Shown here: positions 13,801 through 26,213 of the stretch, piece after piece
Position numbering within the stretch: position 1 is the first letter of the stretch
How the letters are laid out: every line of letters starts with the position of its first letter
From: Tubiluchus corallicola
Taxonomy: Eukaryota; Animalia; Priapulida
Length of the DNA: 64,000 nt
Reading direction: 5' to 3'
Assembly (NCBI GenBank): GCA_030141605.1
Contig: JAQGDQ010000118.1
Coordinates: 186,001 to 250,000, forward strand
Made by a program: the position numbers and the translations under genes
The notes under the pieces: generated by a model
What the model was told of the DNA's origin: nothing
Seen by the model: only the letters and a program-made list of their open reading frames with translations
Databases searched by the model: none

Positions 13801-15489
13801 AAAACAGAAGGGTAAAAACTGGTCAAAAGATATTATAAGAAACTGTGAACGTACCTGTTTAGAATTAAAATGGTATAAATTCACCACACCGTTCTGATAC
13901 AGTGTAATTCATGTTTCGCAAATTTATCCTGTTTTGTAGTAATTGTACTTTTTCAAAAAAAAAATGCCAATCTTCTTGTAAAACAATTTTAGCTATTTTT
14001 GCTCCTTTGATAACGATAACGCTTAATAAATGTAGAATCCACAACGCAGGAACAACATCTAACACAATTTGTTCGAAGACTTCTCTTTAATAACAACACT
14101 TTATTGCAGCAAATTCTATTTTCAACTTTGTCAGACTATCTCTGTGACGATAAGGTCTTTTTCACTGTTCACTATTATGTAACGAGTCGGATTCACACAG
14201 AAGAAATGACAACCCACACTCAACGTAGATTAATTTCTATGGACGCAGTGTACTAGTGTGATTAGCGTAATGTATGTAATTATGCAAAATTCACTTCACA
14301 CACCATGCCACAACAATAATAATTTTCCGTCCAAATTATCACGTGCTGCCAATAATTTGGGATATTCTAGCAGAAATCGTGTTCACAATGCAACAGATGT
14401 GTGTGCACTGAATGAGAGAGCCAGCAGTGCATGCATCCGCGTTGCTCCACGGCGCAGCCTCTACTATGGCAAGTGAACTAAAGCAAGCAAGCAGCACCTA
14501 CTGTACGCAGACAGGGGTCGATAATACACCACCGTTTACACACAACATGAAAGCCTACGCGAAAATGATAGGTTGGCAGACTGGATCGCCAGGAAAAGAA
14601 TTTAACCTCCCACAGAACGGCCTACACAACTGAATGGCTTCTAAACGTTATCTGTCATTGAATAATAATGGCTGCAGCTTACGTAGAGCAGCGATTCAAT
14701 TCATTTTAACACAATAGAGTACATAATTATGTATGAGCCAAAATATAGAACCTCATGCGCTAATGTGTCGGTGATATAATGTAGTCAGTGTGCATATTCA
14801 TAGTGAGTATTTGTAAATGTACTGTATTAATGTATGCATGGTGTATTTTCGTTTTGCAAATTGAGAGCTTCGTATTATTTTTTAAACATTTCATTTCGTG
14901 CGGTCTACGTGACTAAAATAACTCTATGCACACAAAAGCTGTATCACATTAATAATATAAAACGATAACCAGATACACACGCCAATCAGGTATTTTAATT
15001 ATCGATAAATCCTTGACGAATGTGGCTAGTAATTCACTTATCAACTCGTCATTTTAAAGACACTAATTCCATAAATTAAATACACTGTACAATACTAATA
15101 TTCACTACACCTATAAACAAGAGCGCCCATTAAATATAAACTTGAAACGCATGCGTCACGTCTGTGTTATATACGGTTACAAGAAATAAAAGCATTTTAT
15201 GCAGTTATAGCTGCACTCAGTGGGTAATTCTTGCAATTTATTCAAATGCAAATAGCGTCGTGTTTAATGCATGACTGGAATACTAGCTTTGTCTTGATGC
15301 TTGCTTGCCACTGAATCATAAATGGACATTATTTCAAAAATCCAAGCAATTTACATTATTTTGCGACAATATCAATTCTCATTCCACAAGCTTCAGAAAA
15401 TACAGAGCTAAGCAGCTAATACTATACTAACTAATAGTATGAATGGATTGTATGCTATTAGTAGCAAACAGATGCTGACAATAGAACAC

Positions 15490-15740
15490 AACAACGCAGC
15501 TATGCAACAATAGGTAAAACAACGCAGCTATGCAACAATAGGTGCAACACAGGAAAAACACAACAGCATGCTCAAGACGTTAATGTACAGAACTGTAAAG
15601 TTCGACAAAAACACGACAAAACGCAACACAACGCACCATGACAGAACACACTGCAGCGGAACACAACAATACAGCATTTGAATTCCATGTAGTACAACAC
15701 AATGCAACGATGCGCAACACGTTTCCTTCAGTGCAAAAAC
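15490..15740 (+). repeat. 28-bp-period duplication followed by a degenerate (CAACA)-like low-complexity tract
   Basis: aacaacgcagctatgcaacaataggt x2, then repeated gcaacac/acaacac units. Confidence 0.7.
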
Positions 15741-18071
15741 CACATCATTGATTTAGTTCACATCTTTGTTCAACGCACTGCAATTAATTGCATTTGACTG
15801 GCGCTTTTAATACTCCCATATTTCAAAGACTTTAGCTGAAAATATTATTTTATGGTTATACACTCTATAAAGTTATGTGAAATTTAATAATAAAATGTGT
15901 CGCTGCCGTGGATACGGTAACGGACCGTTTAGGTAATTAAGTGATATTGAAACTACTTGAAAGTATTTTTGTGAACAAAACGAAATAAGTATCACTGTCA
16001 GAATCTGCATAACAAAGAAAAATGATGCAGCTTAATTGTGTCCAGGATGTTCATGGTTGTCAAACGGCTGAACACCTGTGCAAATTTGTAAGTGGCATTT
16101 AGAAATGTTTTAATAGTTCGTATTTTTGAACAATTTTTCCAGTGCGGTCACCTTCAAAACTGAGTTCCAGTTTTCTTTATTATCAGGATACATGACCGAT
16201 GCTTTATACCTGGAAACACGCAGTGCAGCAACCTCTTACGACTTCTCTGCAAGTTTTGATCGCGAATCAGTACGCCAGTCAAACTGGAAACCATTTCATT
16301 GTTGAAGTTCTAGCATTAATTACCCAAACTAATAGACACCTACCCCCCCCCCCCCAATGCCTGTAAGTTATCTAATTTTTATACACTATATTTTTATTAA
16401 TTGGATTGTTGAGTGATCATGATCATGTTATTGTCGAAATACTGCAAACGGGCAGATGTTTGTGTTGGAATAAAAGCCATGTCTTCGCTTAAGTGAGTGC
16501 TGCGTGTTATTTTCTTTGTATTAGAATTCGTTTTCCTCATCACCGATATGTAACTTACACTGTAAATGACTTTATTATTCATTTAGCTTATGAAATCCAA
16601 AGCAATCATATTTTGTCTCTGTTGTTTCAGCTCTTCTAAAATTTGTCTCTCCTAGAAATGAATGCAAAGACTGAACGGATGTAAAACAGAGATGTCATGC
16701 GCGAGAACACATCCCACACTCATGCACTTCAAAGTCAGCAGAAAATGCATATTACTCACTGCAATGATCTGCAGTCAATCAAATTACTGTGCAGTAATAA
16801 TGAACCACTAATGACAAACGATCCCACATAATGCCCGCAGACAGTAATTTAACTTGACTCGGATTCAGAGCTCTGGAAAGCTTAATCCAAGTTAAGCCTG
16901 TGGGAAGCATTTCGACTCAGAGAATAGCTTAGCAAAGCCATGGGCTTTAGAAGTATAGTTACAGTAGGGCTTACTAGGGCTTAGCACAGATGATGTACAG
17001 CTTTACTCTGTCAGCTCAGCATCAATGATGGTGGGCTACAGAAATTAAAATGAAATTACATGGACATTATTTTAAGTGTTACTTCTTTCAAAGTCTCATT
17101 CGGTCTCCTGAAGACATTCAAACACTCAGGCAACACAAAAAAGTCAAAGATAAAAAACCTTCACTATTATAGACTAATTAGAAGGAGAACTGGCTCTTCT
17201 AATAGAGTCGGTAAATAATGGTACTGAGGTGTGCAAAAGTGCAAATCTTATATTGATCACAATATAATGGCATAATTGTGATATTGGATCAGTCCTAATT
17301 AATCTCAGAAAAGTTTATAAATCTTTCCTATGCCTGAAAATGTCATATTTATTGGATCCATTTCAAGGATCCAGTCATATGCCCTCATCCTTGTTGTGAA
17401 CACCCACTCTTGCATCGCTTTAAGCAGACCATTATAATGTATGAGTTGTAATGATATTACTAAATAAGTATATATGAATAATTTAACACCATATTATAAA
17501 ACTTCAGGATTAGGCCTGAAATAAATGCACAAAGATTACATAGTAGCAAAACTATAATTAACAATCCGTAGGCGAAAACGTTTTCTGTACAGGAAATGGG
17601 ATCAAGGTTGATGCAGCTACACCTACATATTACCTTAAACATTCATAATGCCACTGATTAAATCACCTGCTCACCTGCAATATAAACGCAGCAATCATGC
17701 AGGCCCTCGTGTGTACAACCACAAAAGGTGTGCTTATTTAATCGATCCAACACACAGCATAGGCAATTTTGCTGCGAAATGTAAATTGTATGGAAAAAGA
17801 ATGTATGTGCATATAATGTAGGAAGGACAATAAACGTGGGGAGGTGTGCAAATCTGTTACACATCTGTTCATGTGATGCGATTAATTTTTAGTGAATCAA
17901 GTAACATAGAACTAAACAGCTTGGCGACCAGCGGTTACCTCATTTTTAAAATTCAGGTCGCTTTCTATTTTCTGTGACCAAAAAGTAGAGATTTTTCTAG
18001 AACTTATAGCACAAACGCACAAAAAATTAAATTGTGATACGAAACTTGAAAAACCGAAATTGTGAAAAAGC

Positions 18072-18147
18072 TGGAACGCAGCCTGGATTTGAACCAGGAA
18101 GCTTCTGCTTACAAGACAGACCACTACGACCACTAGGCTCCAGTGAT
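18072..18147 (-). pseudogene. tRNA-Thr(TGT)-like unit (degenerate or SINE-like), divergent partner of the + copy
   Basis: Minus strand: GAGCCTAGTGG, anticodon arm TCTGT-CTTGTAA-GCAGA, T arm CCTGG-TTCAAAT-CCAGG, then CTGCGTT-CCA-GC-TTTTT. The acceptor and D stems pair poorly. Confidence 0.7.
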
Positions 18148-18165
18148 AGGGGAGTAAAACTGGAG

Positions 18166-18241
18166 AATACGGTAGCCTGGTGGTCTAAGGCACCTACCTT
18201 GTAAGCAGAAGGTTGCTGGTTCAAATCCAAGTTCTATTCCA
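18166..18241 (+). pseudogene. tRNA-Thr(TGT)-like unit (degenerate or SINE-like)
   Basis: A-box TAGCCTGGTGG, anticodon loop CTTGTAA (18198-18204), B-box GGTTCAAATCC. Acceptor halves AATACGG/TTCTATT, then CCA and TTTTT. Mismatches in the anticodon and T stems argue against a functional tRNA. Confidence 0.7.
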
Positions 18242-20759
18242 ACTTTTTCACAATTCCTATTTTCAAATTTAAACTCAAAATTTAAATGTGTGTTTGTAAG
18301 ATCATTAAAAATAATCTTGACAGTAAGAAGAGTACAATAACCAAATTTGAAATTGCGCTGATTTGTCTCTTTATTTAAATTATCACACCCTACGCTACAT
18401 TTGACACGAAGTGTTTGGCAGCCAGCAACAATAATTCCATTTAACAGGTAAAACTAGCCGTGATCAATAATATTTTAGCCGACAGGAAACATATCAAATA
18501 GCTTGGCGACGTAATCGTGCGCTAATAAGCCGAATGGGGGATATTAATCGCTGAACGCTAAGTCTCACAAACAGCTGCAACCGATCTAATGCAGTTACCG
18601 TTTTATTGCTGCATTCAGTTTTTTTGCAGAGTCTATTGAGCATATAAATATATATTACTTAGGGAAAGGAAGCACGTTTAACGGAAAGCTAATCAAATAC
18701 AGTCTCTGCACATGATGATGATGACGATAGCGCTGGTTGCGATGATGGTTATGATAAAGATTTTTATTAAAAATATCTGTCTATTTTATGTATCAGAAAC
18801 ATTATTTAACAAATATCACATTACCGCAGTTACAAATCTATTCAAGCTAAAAGTGGTCACTCGGTTCAACTTTGAAATTTTTTATATCGTGACAATAATC
18901 ATACATTGTTAGCAGGTACGTAAGCCGCTTTGTGAAATGCTGCTACGTGTATTATATTTTTGGAATGTTGTTATATTATACAAAATATACATTATGAAAT
19001 GTAAGCCTCACAGATGCAGCATCGTGTTAGGTGTGTAGTTAATCAACTGAGCAAACTGTATGTTAGTAATATTTACTGGCAACCCTTGTGTTCTTTGATG
19101 TAAATAATGATGCTTCCTGGAACAATTATACTAATTATACATGTAGTTGTTACATAAATAAGAATGACAACTGCAGAAGATAAACTTGATAAAATTCTCT
19201 TTTAATTTTCAAACGTTTCAGTTTCAATTTTTTCAATAGTTTTAAATGTCAATAAAATTACAGTTAAACGAGAACTGTAGTTTGTGTAAACAATTGTAAT
19301 CACTGGTTTCTGGTTGTACCATTATGCATATATGCATGTATAATTATGTAATCAAAAATTTGGAAATGTTTAATTTTGTATTTTACCGTGGAAGATGGTG
19401 TGAATAAAAAAATAACTTAAATAAAACATAAATATAGCCACACCTTCATGACTTAAAGTTCAAATATTTAAAGTTGTGTGAATGAGAAAATGGGAGTATA
19501 CAAATTTCTCTTGGAAAATACGTTAGAAGTACTAAGATCATAACGATACAAAAGAACTTTGAAAATATATTGATACTTAACACAATTCTAATCAAAATGT
19601 TGTTGGTTTACATGATATTATTAACACTGTGTGACAATATCGCACTAATACATATGTTCTATTCACAAACATATGAGCATTCAAATTATTTCATGTCATT
19701 TAGGCAATTCCGACCCGAAATGACCCAAATCACGCTACCAATAAATTGAAAATTACCTTCAGGAACGTGATAAACTAGTCGCGAATGATTAAATGAACGA
19801 AATGACACTTTGCAGGAAATAGGAACGCAGGTGCAAGACGCTCGCCTCAAACTAGAGGAAGCAAGGAAACCACTCGAATAGTCGATAATCTCTACCCGCT
19901 GTAACAAGTCTTTGCACTTTTTCCATAATCCGTTTCCATTATCGTCGCAACTTAAACCCATCAAATTACTAAAGGAGGGAATTAAATTTGTCCATCGGCT
20001 AGAATTCATCTCTCACGAGGCGTTGAGAAACAAGGAGCCACTGGGTATATACACGACTGAAATGATTTACAAGATTCATCCACAGTTTTTAGAAAAACAA
20101 GCCGAGTGTCTACAAGCTAATGTGTTGCATTCCTTGGGGATGAGTTTTAGGGTAAAGAGATAAAACAGCCATTAGGATGAATAAACCGTGCACTTGTATG
20201 TTTTGAAGCGTAATAAACTTGTATCGGATAAAATATTAAAAAGAAATCGCTGAGTTAATGGACCATTGTGTTTCTTTCTTCTTCTTTGCATGCAAAACGA
20301 TACTACTGATAGCTTACAGAGTTAGAAGATAAAAATCGTGATTTAACCCTACAATAAGCTTGAGACCACCCACAACTGTAAACAATATAAGTAAGTTAAA
20401 ACACCACACAATGCCACACCTTCAGTTGTGTTACAGTGTTCTCTCAACGTTTGGCTTCAATAAGCTGTTATCACATTTTAGCCACATTTGAACCAAGGTG
20501 GGTAGAAAAAAAACTGAACAGCAAGACGGCGTCTTTAATTTCAACTGCAAGCAAGAAAGAAGTGCACGGAATGTAAAAATGCTAGTACAGCCTTTATGAA
20601 GAAATCCTTCAGCCACCAACGCAAATAGCTGTCTGTGGTGGCTAAAGGCATGTGCGTAAAAGGTGGTGCATGTTGCAGAAAACAAATTTCACATGTGTAA
20701 ATAATGTATGTGTATACGAGCTATATAATATATTATATGGTTATGAGCTACTAAAAGCC

Positions 20760-21020
20760 CAAAGGGTGCACGTGGGTGACTTCACAATTATTTAACAATC
20801 AAGCCATTCAAACCGCTTTCATATTAAAGAGTTAGTCAACACAATGGATGTATTGAAAGCAAGTGGAGCCACAGGACACAACCTAACCCCCTGCCAGCTG
20901 GTGCTATACAATAACATTACATGGGCACAGCTTTACAGCTTTGTGTCCGCGACGTCGACCGATACTGCGATACAATACGCCTGTGACGCCCCCCTTCGGG
21001 CACCTTAAGTGCACCCTTTG
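20760..21020. mobile_element. MITE-like element
   Basis: Exact 12-bp TIR CAAAGGGTGCAC (20760-20771) / GTGCACCCTTTG (21009-21020). No clear TSD. Confidence 0.5.
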
Positions 21021-23779
21021 ACTATCTCTGTGCAGTATGAAATATGTTCCCGAGTGGGAGGCATAACTGATTGAGCAGTTGCAAAAATGGAGTTGGCTTT
21101 CTTCCTTTTGAATGTGGGGCTTTTTGTAAATATAATAAAGCGCTTTTTGTGAATCTGCTGGAACGAATTTTGATTGAAAAGAACCCTCTTAAGCCAGAAA
21201 CACTATATTACACAGTGAAAAGGTACGCATTATTCTAAGAAATCACTGGTGAAAAACTACACGGACTAAAGAGCGACTTAATATGTCCTAGGACTGCTTC
21301 TCATTTCCTTTAAAGTAAGAGGACTCCTGCAAGAATTAATTCCTTGAACGTACTTGGTTGCAACTTGCACCAGCATGGAAATTTCGAACTTTTTTCCGTG
21401 ACCTCAACCACTACAGCAGTGTATATAATCCTGCCAAATCTATTCTCAAAAAAAAACAATATCAGTTCGGCGAATTTGAAATCATGGCATGTGCAACTAA
21501 AGTGTGATAAATACTAATAGAAATGCAAAAAACGTGGATGCCCAACCAAACAAAAATACTAGGATACGATAAACAGATACTAAGAACAGTAGTTACGGAA
21601 GTTCTGTGTCTTACAGTGCGTCACTTGCGTGTTTTACAGTGGCTGAACCTGTGCCAACAGATCTCGAAGCTGTTCACCTGGTTAAGCGTTTAAAATTATT
21701 GTTGGGAAACCTCAACACATTTGTATTAGGAATAACTTTCAGCGGCAGTACATTTCAATAAGACGGTACTCGTCTGTGAGCAAGTGTGTTCAGTGGAATT
21801 GTTTCCGATGCGATTCTTTGAAGAAATATTTTAACTTGAGCCACAGAAAAAGTAAGAAAAACGCAACTCTTACTACTAAGTGTGGAAAAAGCTAGATAAA
21901 CTAATTTACTGAATATATTAGTAAATATTTGTATTTGTACAACCAGGAATAAGGTTTTTGTCTGCATGTACATAGTAACTTGGAACACCAGTTTTATGAC
22001 ATATTTACCGCTCAGCTGCCGGAGAAAACCACTTAAGGAATTTGCTTGAATCTAGCACAAACAGCCTCAGGGCAGGTGACAAACTGAACAAAACTATCAA
22101 TTAGGGCGGTCACACAGGTGCTGTTTGGCTATATTAACGCAATGCTTTGAATCCCTTGTCAATAAATGCTTGATTGCCTTTAGGCAAAAACTCGAAAAAA
22201 GTACCCATGCATGAAAAAGAAACTCATAAATGTTCTCAACACACGCAAGTTTTGTGCAAGAGTTATTACACAGTAAGAAAGTTTCAATATGCACGACCAT
22301 GGACTGCTTTCATTATTTCAAGCTTTGAGTATTGACTATATAACATGTGCTCTATCTGACTGTAATACAGGTACGTTGTCTTACATGCGATGTACAATTG
22401 AACATTATTAAGTTTAAGAAATAAAAGTTCACTTATCGTTGTCTTGATCTCTGAGAATAAAATACTATGGCTAACCTGATTGGTTCCAATTGCAGTCTCT
22501 TCTTTCTAAGCGCCGACGATATCTTCGTTTTTCCCTGCTTTTCAAAATCTTACACTGAACTTTGCAAAATACAATATAATGTTTTTTTATTTGTACCATT
22601 TAAAACAGTCAGTCGATTCTCTGCTTCTTTTTAGACTAAACGTATTTTCAGAAAAGTGGAACCATGGAGGAGGCATTTTTTTTAAAAAAGTGGGCAAATA
22701 GCCAGTTTTATCAATTTGACTATGCTGAATCGGAAAACAACTGTTGCTAGCTTGAAACATTAACTGAAATTGTTAAAACTGCAAAAAACAAAATGGCCGC
22801 CAAGTTTTTGTGCAAACACTATAAATCAAAAAAATTCCCAAAAAGAAACATTAAGAGGCGGTTATGATATCTATTTCAGGGTAGTTGGACCTATGAAATC
22901 CATTTCAGTTAGTTTTATTTCAAAAATGACCGCCACATAAAACGAATTTACAGCGATCACGCTATTATGTTAACTGTTTCACCTAAAGACTTATTATAAA
23001 AACATTATTTTTATTAATACGACCTTCCAGAAAACTGTTATTAGCCCCAAAAAAGAATGCTAAGCAACTTAAACATACATTAATTTTACACACTGCATTC
23101 TATATTACAATTCTCTGCAAGAAAAATTTCCCAAAGGATATGCAACAGAGGGCTACCTGATTCAAGAAGAACACCAATAGACCTTCTATTACTACTAAAT
23201 TAGTTGTTACACGAATTCTACTATTGTACTTCTCTGGATATGCCATTAATGAAAGTAACATCGTAGCACTTTCTGTTGAAAATATCATTCTTTATTGGCT
23301 GTTATCCACTATTCCAGATTTTCATCTTGTCCCTTGTCCCCCTCTTGAGTGGCAACTTACTTAATTTGAGGATTTGCATAAAAAATGATGTATGCACAAG
23401 CCTGGTAGTTGATTACAATGTGAGTAGTGAATGTGAAACAGTGGCTTCTACTGTTTTGTAGAACATCATGACGGCTGGCATATTTCTGCATCAACAAAAT
23501 TCACAATCCACTGAAACGGTTGCTAAAATGTCGTTGATGGACTGGTTTATATGGGCTTAAAGTCGAACGTTAGGCTTACCTTTGTTCTGACGTAATAATG
23601 TAAAATGGAGCCACAAACTTAATCGGACATCCGCCGTCTGAGCCATAATCATGGTGACGTCGCTTTTTATCACTGCGTAAACAAGGCACTCATGTCTGTA
23701 ATGCGATGGCACAAGCCTTTTACTGCCTATTCGCAAAAACTTCAAGACAAATTTTACAACTTTACATTTACACAGTCGG

Positions 23780-24125
23780 AAATTTTACGAGAAATTATAT
23801 CGTATCATATCGCATGGCGTACGCGGCTCGTAAACGCGCGTCGATAAACCGCGTAGAATGGAAGGTTATCATAACAATAACATCCATTTTATAACAGCTT
23901 TTGAATTTGCTGCCTCAACACTCCCGAGGCGTGAAAATCGCAGTTTACGAGCCGTTTCAGTAAAGAAGCACATAAACGACGACTGTCGACGTCCAATGCT
24001 CGTTTCATTTCCATCCATTCAACGTCGTAAAATCGACTTCATCTCAGTGCAGATGATATGGAGAAAAAAGTCGAGTCGAAAAGTGGACAGACGTAATTTC
24101 TGCAAACTGCACCATCGTAAATGAC
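23780..24125. promoter_or_regulatory. Candidate enhancer: TTTACGA/TCGTAAA cluster in a CpG-rich island
   Basis: Five copies, at about 23784, 23828, 23944, 24025 and 24115. Confidence 0.5.
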
Positions 24126-25518
24126 GCAGTGTTCCTTAAGCACGCAATTGGATTAGATTTTGCTATTGCACGGAACTGATCTCATTTCCTCTGCTGCGAG
24201 TACATATGCGTAATCAAACTTCAATCGCGGGACGCTTGCATCTTAAGAAAAATTACGAAATATCGTCCAAATTTGAGTGTGGCGACAAACACTTGATCTG
24301 CATATGAGCAAATACGAGCGTTTTCTACCGGTCCGCTAAGACGTGACAAACAGAATTATTACGCTCGTAATATGCTTGCAACATTCCGCAATATCCAGAC
24401 GAAATTGCGCTCTGTAGTGGAAACTTGACCAAAATTGGCTGCACTACAAAGAAATTTCATCTGATCATCTAGACCTTTTAGATAGTTCTGATGATAAGCG
24501 TGACTCACTGAAAATACACGAGAAAAGCTAACATAGCTTCGATTTTCAAACTGAGAACAATGTCAAGGCTACTTTTGGCACATCAGTGATTTACTAAAGG
24601 ATAATTTCCAAACTTCTGTCATTTTCAATTTTGTGTCAGAAGGCGCAAATAAGAACTTGAATGTTTGGATAAAATCATACAAATGGGGAAACCCCAAAAA
24701 TAATACAACAGTCTAACGTCTCAAATGACGGTGTACCGTTTCCATAATATAACTCAGAAGTTGTGTCATCATTAGAAACAAGGCTCAAAAACCATGTCAT
24801 CATTAAACAGACGCACCATATAGTTGCACTTCAGAAGAGCCGTATAATCTCTCTGATATTCAATTCCGTATACTCATATAACGTATTACTTATCTTTGTT
24901 AAGAACACTCATCAAATCTATCAAATCTAGCAAATACCTAAGCCAAAGCTAGCAATCTAGGGAGAGATGTTTGGCAAATAATCAAAGACATGTAATCATC
25001 AAACTGAAACGCGATGATAAACTTGGACGTCTTGTGCAATTGCACAGACATCTGGTTCAATAGTAAATAGTATTCTAGGCAAAAAAGTCAAACCACATGC
25101 CCACCTGTCAGACTTACGAACGCTTATATGTGTCTACATAAAATACTTATGTTTCTGCACATATGATATTTTTCTGCGCGTTAAATTTTTAAATAATGTA
25201 TAAGAATCATGCATGTATTAATCTTGACGTATTGACGTACTAAACTTTCACAGACATTAAGTGCTGTAAAACAACAGACAAAATTACTTGGTTTAAAGAC
25301 CTTTGTTGCACTGAAACACTTAGTGAAACAAAAAAAATTGTTGGAGTAATGAGTATGAAGCGAGGTGCTGATGTTGATGACGACGACACTAGGGTGGTGA
25401 TGAAGGTAGCAGTAGTAAACCAGTAGTGCAACCTTACTTTACAACCACTTGGTGATGCTACTGTCACTGGCTGCCACCTTTGTTAATCTCTGTAGCTTGA
25501 TGGACTGACTGGTCCTGT

Positions 25519-26213
25519 CAGGGCCTTTTTAACATAAAGATCGGGTGAGATATAACCCTGTAATCCTCCCTTATACTCCTAACCAGGACCTGTAGATTTT
25601 TAATAGTCTTACAGTTGCTCATTTTCCACTGTCAGGTTTTTAACTTCGGGTAAATCAGTAATTGTTAAAAATAGTATTGGCGTTGTATAATCTATCATGA
25701 GTCAATAGCCTCACGTCAAGAAATCTCAAAACTGTATTGTTAAGTAGCAGTAAATAATACTGCGAATTGAATCAAATGATATAATTCCAAACGACATGTG
25801 CAGCAAGTTATAATTAGAATGGTCCAAACTGTTCTGACTGAAGTTCGATTTTAATTACAAGTTCGATAAAAACGAAAGTTTTGAATTAAATTGAATTAAA
25901 AGCGCCCCCAGATGCCCTCAGAATGCCATTAAATGCGGAAAAGACACAAATAAATTCTTTTTAAACATTATCTGTAAAGAAATGTTGATCAAATTATCTT
26001 TTAAGTAGTGTTTCAAGGTCTATAAGAACACCACCATTGGTTTCAAGGAAAATTCTAGAACGCAAAAATTGCTTAGATATATGTTTGTCCTCAAATGCAA
26101 TAAAATGCATCGGCGGCGGGAGTTTACTTCCCTTCCCCAGACGCATATTAGCTACTTAATGGATCGTTGGATAAAATGCCCCCTCCAGTCAGAATTTCTT
26201 AAAAGGGACTCTG
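25519..26213. mobile_element. Non-autonomous hAT-like DNA transposon
   Basis: TIRs CAGGGCCTTTTTAA and (reverse complement) CAGAGTCCCTTTTAA. The flanking 8-mers ggtcctgt and gatcctat match 6/8, consistent with an aged 8-bp TSD. Confidence 0.6.

Larger units (their letters stand above)
18011..18297. mobile_element. Palindromic (foldback-type) element whose arms are tRNA-like units plus about 55-bp tails
   Basis: Arm homology extends past the tRNA parts (CTTTTTCACAATT...TTTCAA.TTT...AATTTAA...TGTGYGTTTGT on both strands). Central spacer is 18 bp. Confidence 0.6.

Noticed and set aside
16110-16210. Minus-strand VTALEKLFKN as the next AUTS2 exon (SEKLF-like)
   Set aside because: It lacks the ASD-x-S part, hits an in-frame stop a few codons later, and has no donor site.
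18072-18241. Functional tRNA-Thr genes
   Set aside because: Stem mismatches, the encoded CCA and extended inverted flanking homology indicate repeat-derived copies.
19789-19881. Coiled-coil-looking peptide LNERNDTLQEIGTQVQDARLKLEEARKPLE
   Set aside because: It is short, bounded by stops, and has no convincing splice context or recognisable family.
22640-23550. Possible DNA transposase relic
   Set aside because: It has transposon-like words (caaaatggccgcc, atgctgaat), but no defined ends or recognisable catalytic motif.
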